From the NCBI GenBank assembly GCA_964494105.1, contig CAZBQI010000003.1, positions 21,737 to 85,736 on the forward strand: a DNA stretch of 64,000 nucleotides. The letters run 5' to 3'. A program made the position numbers and the translations under genes. This document shows positions 60,125 to 64,000 of the stretch, piece by piece (the stretch's first letter is position 1; the number at the start of each line of letters is the position of its first letter). The notes below the pieces were generated by a model that saw nothing but the letters and a program-made list of their open reading frames with translations, ran no database searches and was not told the DNA's origin. This DNA comes from an uncultured Candidatus Saccharibacteria bacterium. GTDB lineage: Bacteria > Patescibacteriota > Saccharimonadia > CAZBQI01.

Positions 60125-60807
60125 GGAAGAGTGAAATTTACTCTCTGCTCAGACGAAAAGTAGTTCAGTACAAAGATTTGGTAGATGTCGATGTTAAGGA
60201 CTGCGGAGAAGGCCTGGCGGCTATCAGAAAAACGCAGATGCTTAGTGGGCTACAGACCGATCAAGACATGGTAGATTTTACGGGCAAGAAAGTATATGTC
60301 CGACAAACAGTTTCTCGTTTGCTTTTACTAGCCGCTAAGTCATTAAGGCAGGTGGATGGGCGATTGAGCTTACAGGTTGTTTATGGCTATCGCGCAAACA
60401 GCGTGCAAAAAGCTATGTTTAGTTCGGCACTAAAACAACTTAACAAGAAATATGCTGGCGACGAGCTTTATTCCGAAGCACACAAGCTCATCGCTGTACC
60501 AGATGTAGCTGGGCACCCTACTGGCGGAGCTGTTGATATACGTATTTTAAAAAGTGGAGTACCTGTTGATATGGGGACCGAGGTCGACGCATTTAACAGC
60601 CCAGATATTTTGGTGTTCTCTCCGTTTATTTCTAAAAATGCGTGGCGCAACCGAATGCTTCTTCGTCGCGTGATGATGAATGTTGGGTTTGCGCCTTTTG
60701 ATGGCGAGTGGTGGCACTTTTGTTACGGCGATAAAGAATGGGCGAAATATTATGCCAAGCCAAATGCAATTTACGAGCAAGTCGAGTTCAGTGAAATCAG
60801 TAAGTGA
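60121..60807 (+). CDS. D-alanyl-D-alanine dipeptidase-like M15 metallopeptidase (VanX/DdpX-like)
   Basis: YGYR, H.TGGAVD, DMGT, EWWHF; ATGA overlap with the upstream gene. Confidence 0.9.
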   Translation: MRKSEIYSLLRRKVVQYKDLVDVDVKDCGEGLAAIRKTQMLSGLQTDQDMVDFTGKKVYVRQTVSRLLLLAAKSLRQVDGRLSLQVVYGYRANSVQKAMFSSALKQLNKKYAGDELYSEAHKLIAVPDVAGHPTGGAVDIRILKSGVPVDMGTEVDAFNSPDILVFSPFISKNAWRNRMLLRRVMMNVGFAPFDGEWWHFCYGDKEWAKYYAKPNAIYEQVEFSEISK

Positions 60808-60841
60808 AAACATTATCTGATACACTCAGAAGGAGAAGAAA

Positions 60842-62119
60842 ATGGCAAAGCTAAGTACACAACCATATAAGGGCGCTCGGGACTTTTACCCCGAGGATAT
60901 GCGTCTGCAGAAGTACATCTTTAACACCTGGCGAGCAGTAGCCGAACGCTACGGTTTCGAGGAATACGATGCACCACTACTTGAGCCAACAGATATGTAC
61001 CGGGCTAAAACTGGTGAGGAGATAGTAAATGACCAAACCTATAGCTTTACAGACCGCGGTGGTCGCGAAGTAACAATCCGGCCGGAAATGACACCCTCGG
61101 TAGCTCGACTAGTTGCCGCCCGCCAGCAGGAATTACCGTATCCGTTACGCTGGTATAACATAGGCACGCGTTGGCGGTACGAACGCCCGCAGCGCGGACG
61201 CTTGCGTGAATTTTACCAATTCGATGCTGATATTTTTGGTGTTGAAAGTATAGACGCCGAGTTTGAGCTGATAAAAATGGCGTCGAACATGATGAAGGCC
61301 TTTAAAGCACAGGATGACATGTTCAAAATTCGTATCAATAGCCGAAAACTATTTAGCTTGCTGATGGGTGAGTTCTTAAGTCTTGGGATTGAAGACTCGC
61401 ACAAGCTTTCAAAGTTGTTAGATCGTAAAGCTAAAATGACCGACGATGCGTTTGAGAGCCAGGCAAAAGTAATTTTAGGTGATAACACCGTGAAGCTGAT
61501 GGAGCTTATAAGTGTGAAAGACATAAATGAACTTCCTTCAAGTGTAGTCGAAAGCGGACTGGTAGAAGAGTTGCGATCGTTATTTGCCCAGCTTGAAGCA
61601 CATGAAGTTACGAATTTTGAGTTCGACCTAACTCTGATGCGCGGGTTTGATTACTATACCGGCATAGTATTTGAAATATTCGATACCAGCCCCGAAAATA
61701 ATCGCTCGTTGTTTGGTGGCGGTCGTTACGACGAGTTGACTTCAATTTTTGACGCTCCGGCAGTGCCGGCCATTGGCTTTGCTGTGTCAGACGCCGTGAT
61801 TACTAACTTTTTGGAAACTCACCAGCTGTTACCGGCTTTTCCATCAACCACGCAGGTTTATATTGCGACCGTTGGAGATTTTGACGAGCAGGCTCAGGCA
61901 TTAGCGTCAGAATTGCGCAAAGAGGGCATTAACGCGGCGGTAGACGTAACTGACCGCAAGCCAGCCACAAAGATTCGTCAGGCGGATAAGCAAGACATTG
62001 GCTTGGTAATTTTTGTAGGTGAAAATGAAATTAGTGAGGAAAAGTATACTCTCAAGAATTTAAATAGCGGTGATGAACAAAAATTGAGTGTGTCTGACCT
62101 TGCCAAGGCGATAAAATAA
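60842..62119 (+). CDS. hisS: histidyl-tRNA synthetase
   Basis: GARDFYP, RPEMTP, RYERPQRGRLREFYQ, RGFDYYTG, GGGRYD. Confidence 0.97.
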   Translation: MAKLSTQPYKGARDFYPEDMRLQKYIFNTWRAVAERYGFEEYDAPLLEPTDMYRAKTGEEIVNDQTYSFTDRGGREVTIRPEMTPSVARLVAARQQELPYPLRWYNIGTRWRYERPQRGRLREFYQFDADIFGVESIDAEFELIKMASNMMKAFKAQDDMFKIRINSRKLFSLLMGEFLSLGIEDSHKLSKLLDRKAKMTDDAFESQAKVILGDNTVKLMELISVKDINELPSSVVESGLVEELRSLFAQLEAHEVTNFEFDLTLMRGFDYYTGIVFEIFDTSPENNRSLFGGGRYDELTSIFDAPAVPAIGFAVSDAVITNFLETHQLLPAFPSTTQVYIATVGDFDEQAQALASELRKEGINAAVDVTDRKPATKIRQADKQDIGLVIFVGENEISEEKYTLKNLNSGDEQKLSVSDLAKAIK

Positions 62120-62178
62120 TTACTCCTGTGTAGGCCGCTTAGTTTTATTAGATTCGTATATCTGTATAATAGACAACC

Positions 62179-63456
62179 ATGAAACACGTAATTCAAAAAC
62201 AAGAAGATACCGAAGTAGTTCTAAGTGTAAATCTCGACAAAGCTGATCTAGATGTTATTGTTGATCACGTTTTCGACGAATTACGACCAAAAGTAAAAGC
62301 AGCTGGTTTCCGCCCAGGCAAAGCGCCGAATAACATTGTGGAGCGCGAGCTAGGTGCTGAGCAAGTACAGGGCGAGGTCATAGAGCACGCGGCCAGTGAA
62401 CACTACGCCAAGGCTGTAGACAAGCTAGATGTTCGCCCGTTAAGTCGGCCAAAAGTTGACCTAAAAAAATTCGTTCCGTATAGCGAGCTAGAATTTACCG
62501 CAACCGTCGAGGTAATGCCTCCAGTTAAGCTGGCTGACTACAAAAAGATCAAAAAAACTTTGCTAAAAGTAGATGTTACAGATAAAGAAATTGATGATGT
62601 AATTGAAGGCTTGCGTAGTCGGGCTGCAGAAAAGTCCGAAGTGTCGCGAGTGGCTAAAGATGGGGATGAAGCAACTATAGACTTCGCCGGTGAACTTAAT
62701 GGCAAAGCTGTGCCAGGTGCCGATGGCAAAGGCTACCCGCTACTGCTTGGTTCTGGTCGGTTTATTCCCGGCTTTGAGGATGAAATTATTGGCATGAAGC
62801 CCGAGGGCAAGAAGAGTTTTGATATCACTTTTCCCAAAGACTATGCCGAAGCTACTTTGCGAGGGAAAAAAGTAAAATTTAGCGTAACACTACGCAAGCT
62901 CAATGAACTTAAACTACCAAAAGTAGATGATGCTTTTGCCAAAACTGTTGGGCCCTTTGCAGACCTGAGCGCGCTCAAGGCCGACATAAAAAAGCAGATT
63001 ATGAACGAAAAAACCACTAAGGAACGCCAAGCACTAGAGAACGAAATATTAGACGAGATTGTAAAGAAATCAAAGTTGTCTTTGCCGGCGCGCATGGTTG
63101 AAAACCAGCTGGAACAACTAAAGGCCGACTTTGAGCGGTCGTTAAAGAGCCGCAACATTACCCGCGAAGAGTACCTAGTGCAACAGAAACAAACCGAAAA
63201 AGATTTGGCCAAGGAATTCGAGCAAGAAGCCGAGCGCCGGGTTAAGCTGTCGCTAATACTTACCGAAATCGCCCATGTCGAAAAGCTAGAAGTTACCCCC
63301 AGTGAATTTGAAATACGCATGCAACTACTGCAAGGCCAATACCAAGACCCGCAAATGCAGGCCGAGCTAGGTAAGTTAGAAGCCAGACGAGAGATTGCCA
63401 ATCAGCTATTAGCCGAAAAAACGGTGGCTAAGTTGGTGGACTACGCCACAAAGTAA
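62179..63456 (+). CDS. tig: trigger factor
   Basis: GFRPGKAP ribosome-binding motif; FKBP domain FIPGFE..FP.DY. Confidence 0.96.
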   Translation: MKHVIQKQEDTEVVLSVNLDKADLDVIVDHVFDELRPKVKAAGFRPGKAPNNIVERELGAEQVQGEVIEHAASEHYAKAVDKLDVRPLSRPKVDLKKFVPYSELEFTATVEVMPPVKLADYKKIKKTLLKVDVTDKEIDDVIEGLRSRAAEKSEVSRVAKDGDEATIDFAGELNGKAVPGADGKGYPLLLGSGRFIPGFEDEIIGMKPEGKKSFDITFPKDYAEATLRGKKVKFSVTLRKLNELKLPKVDDAFAKTVGPFADLSALKADIKKQIMNEKTTKERQALENEILDEIVKKSKLSLPARMVENQLEQLKADFERSLKSRNITREEYLVQQKQTEKDLAKEFEQEAERRVKLSLILTEIAHVEKLEVTPSEFEIRMQLLQGQYQDPQMQAELGKLEARREIANQLLAEKTVAKLVDYATK

Positions 63457-63497
63457 TATTGCTGTATAAGCAAAAAGATGTTAATATAACTCTGTTT

Positions 63498-64000
63498 ATG
63501 AGTGACGTTGTTACTGTAGCTGAAGCCCCGCATTTAGATCGTGCCAACGAGCTGCTTACTGCTGAGGCGATAAGTACGATTGACCAGCTTGCCAGTCGAT
63601 TTAGCGGAGTTAATCAGTTTGATGGTCATCTTGAATCTTTGGAAGCATTAAGCGAAATATTAGAAGACCCACATAGACAAACCGAATTTTCAGAAAAACT
63701 GCCACTGACAGAAAGAACGCAACATCAGCTTGGCGAACTGGGTGAGGTGCTATTTACTGCTTCTCCCGACACTATTTATGATGCGAGCGAACCTGATTCT
63801 ACTCATACTGATGCAGCAGTTGTTGTGCGTGATGCCGCCTACGCAGTACAAAACGTACGCTCACCCATAAGATCATCAGGTTATGATGTAGTTGCGAAAA
63901 TAAGAGAGCCAATTGAGCCGGGGCTTGTTGATGCTAGTGAGGTTATCCGGATTCTTAAAGATGACTCGACGTCATACGGTGAAGTAGCTCAAGCGATTAA
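63498..64000 (+). CDS. hypothetical acidic protein, 5' part (runs off the window)
   Basis: ATG 63498 opens MSDVVTVAEAPHLDRANELL... with no in-frame stop to the window end; promoter-like TTGCTG-17-TAATAT upstream. Confidence 0.65.
   Translation, partial: MSDVVTVAEAPHLDRANELLTAEAISTIDQLASRFSGVNQFDGHLESLEALSEILEDPHRQTEFSEKLPLTERTQHQLGELGEVLFTASPDTIYDASEPDSTHTDAAVVVRDAAYAVQNVRSPIRSSGYDVVAKIREPIEPGLVDASEVIRILKDDSTSYGEVAQAI

Noticed and set aside
58799-60807. Vancomycin-resistance cluster or staphylopine cluster
   Set aside because: No vanH/vanA/vanRS and no cntL/cntM or transporter genes; only single related domains are present.
60808-60841. hisS as an obligatory member of the attenuated operon
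   Set aside because: It has its own TGaTACACT extended -10 and AGGAG RBS, so co-regulation cannot be assumed.
58497-60842. Integrative element at the tRNA-Leu 3' end
   Set aside because: No integrase and no duplicated tRNA 3' end seen after the dipeptidase gene.

Overview
A compact stretch of bacterial chromosome using the standard genetic code. Gene content and style point to Patescibacteria/CPR, probably a Saccharibacteria-like lineage; this is an inference from DUF5665/YtxH-type small proteins, TANNNT boxes close to start codons and the lack of amino-acid biosynthesis genes in the window. Most of it is housekeeping: end of transketolase, fba, pfkB, uvrB, gatCAB, galU, dnaE, rplS-rnhB-yraN, pepN, nusA, a complete F1Fo ATP synthase operon, clpC (with a perfect CIRCE), radA, PIN/TRAM, a class A PBP, tyrS, recG, rsmD, tRNA-Leu(TAG), hisS and tig. 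It also carries a two-subunit ATP-citrate lyase. Two accessory modules that appear to be amino-acid sensing stand out. (1) After tRNA-Leu, a promoter and a 19-codon His-Ala-His leader peptide with a 1:2/2:3/3:4 attenuator precede a GNAT + CntK-like (histidine racemase-type) fusion and a VanX-like D,D-dipeptidase, next to hisS. (2) After nusA, a TrpR homologue with a perfect trp-operator-like palindrome heads a rifampin-phosphotransferase-architecture kinase and a histidine phosphatase. Several acidic ORFans with their own promoters and one candidate structured RNA are scattered between core genes. No CRISPR, IS, integrase or rRNA was seen. All calls come from reading motifs by eye; no database searches were run.
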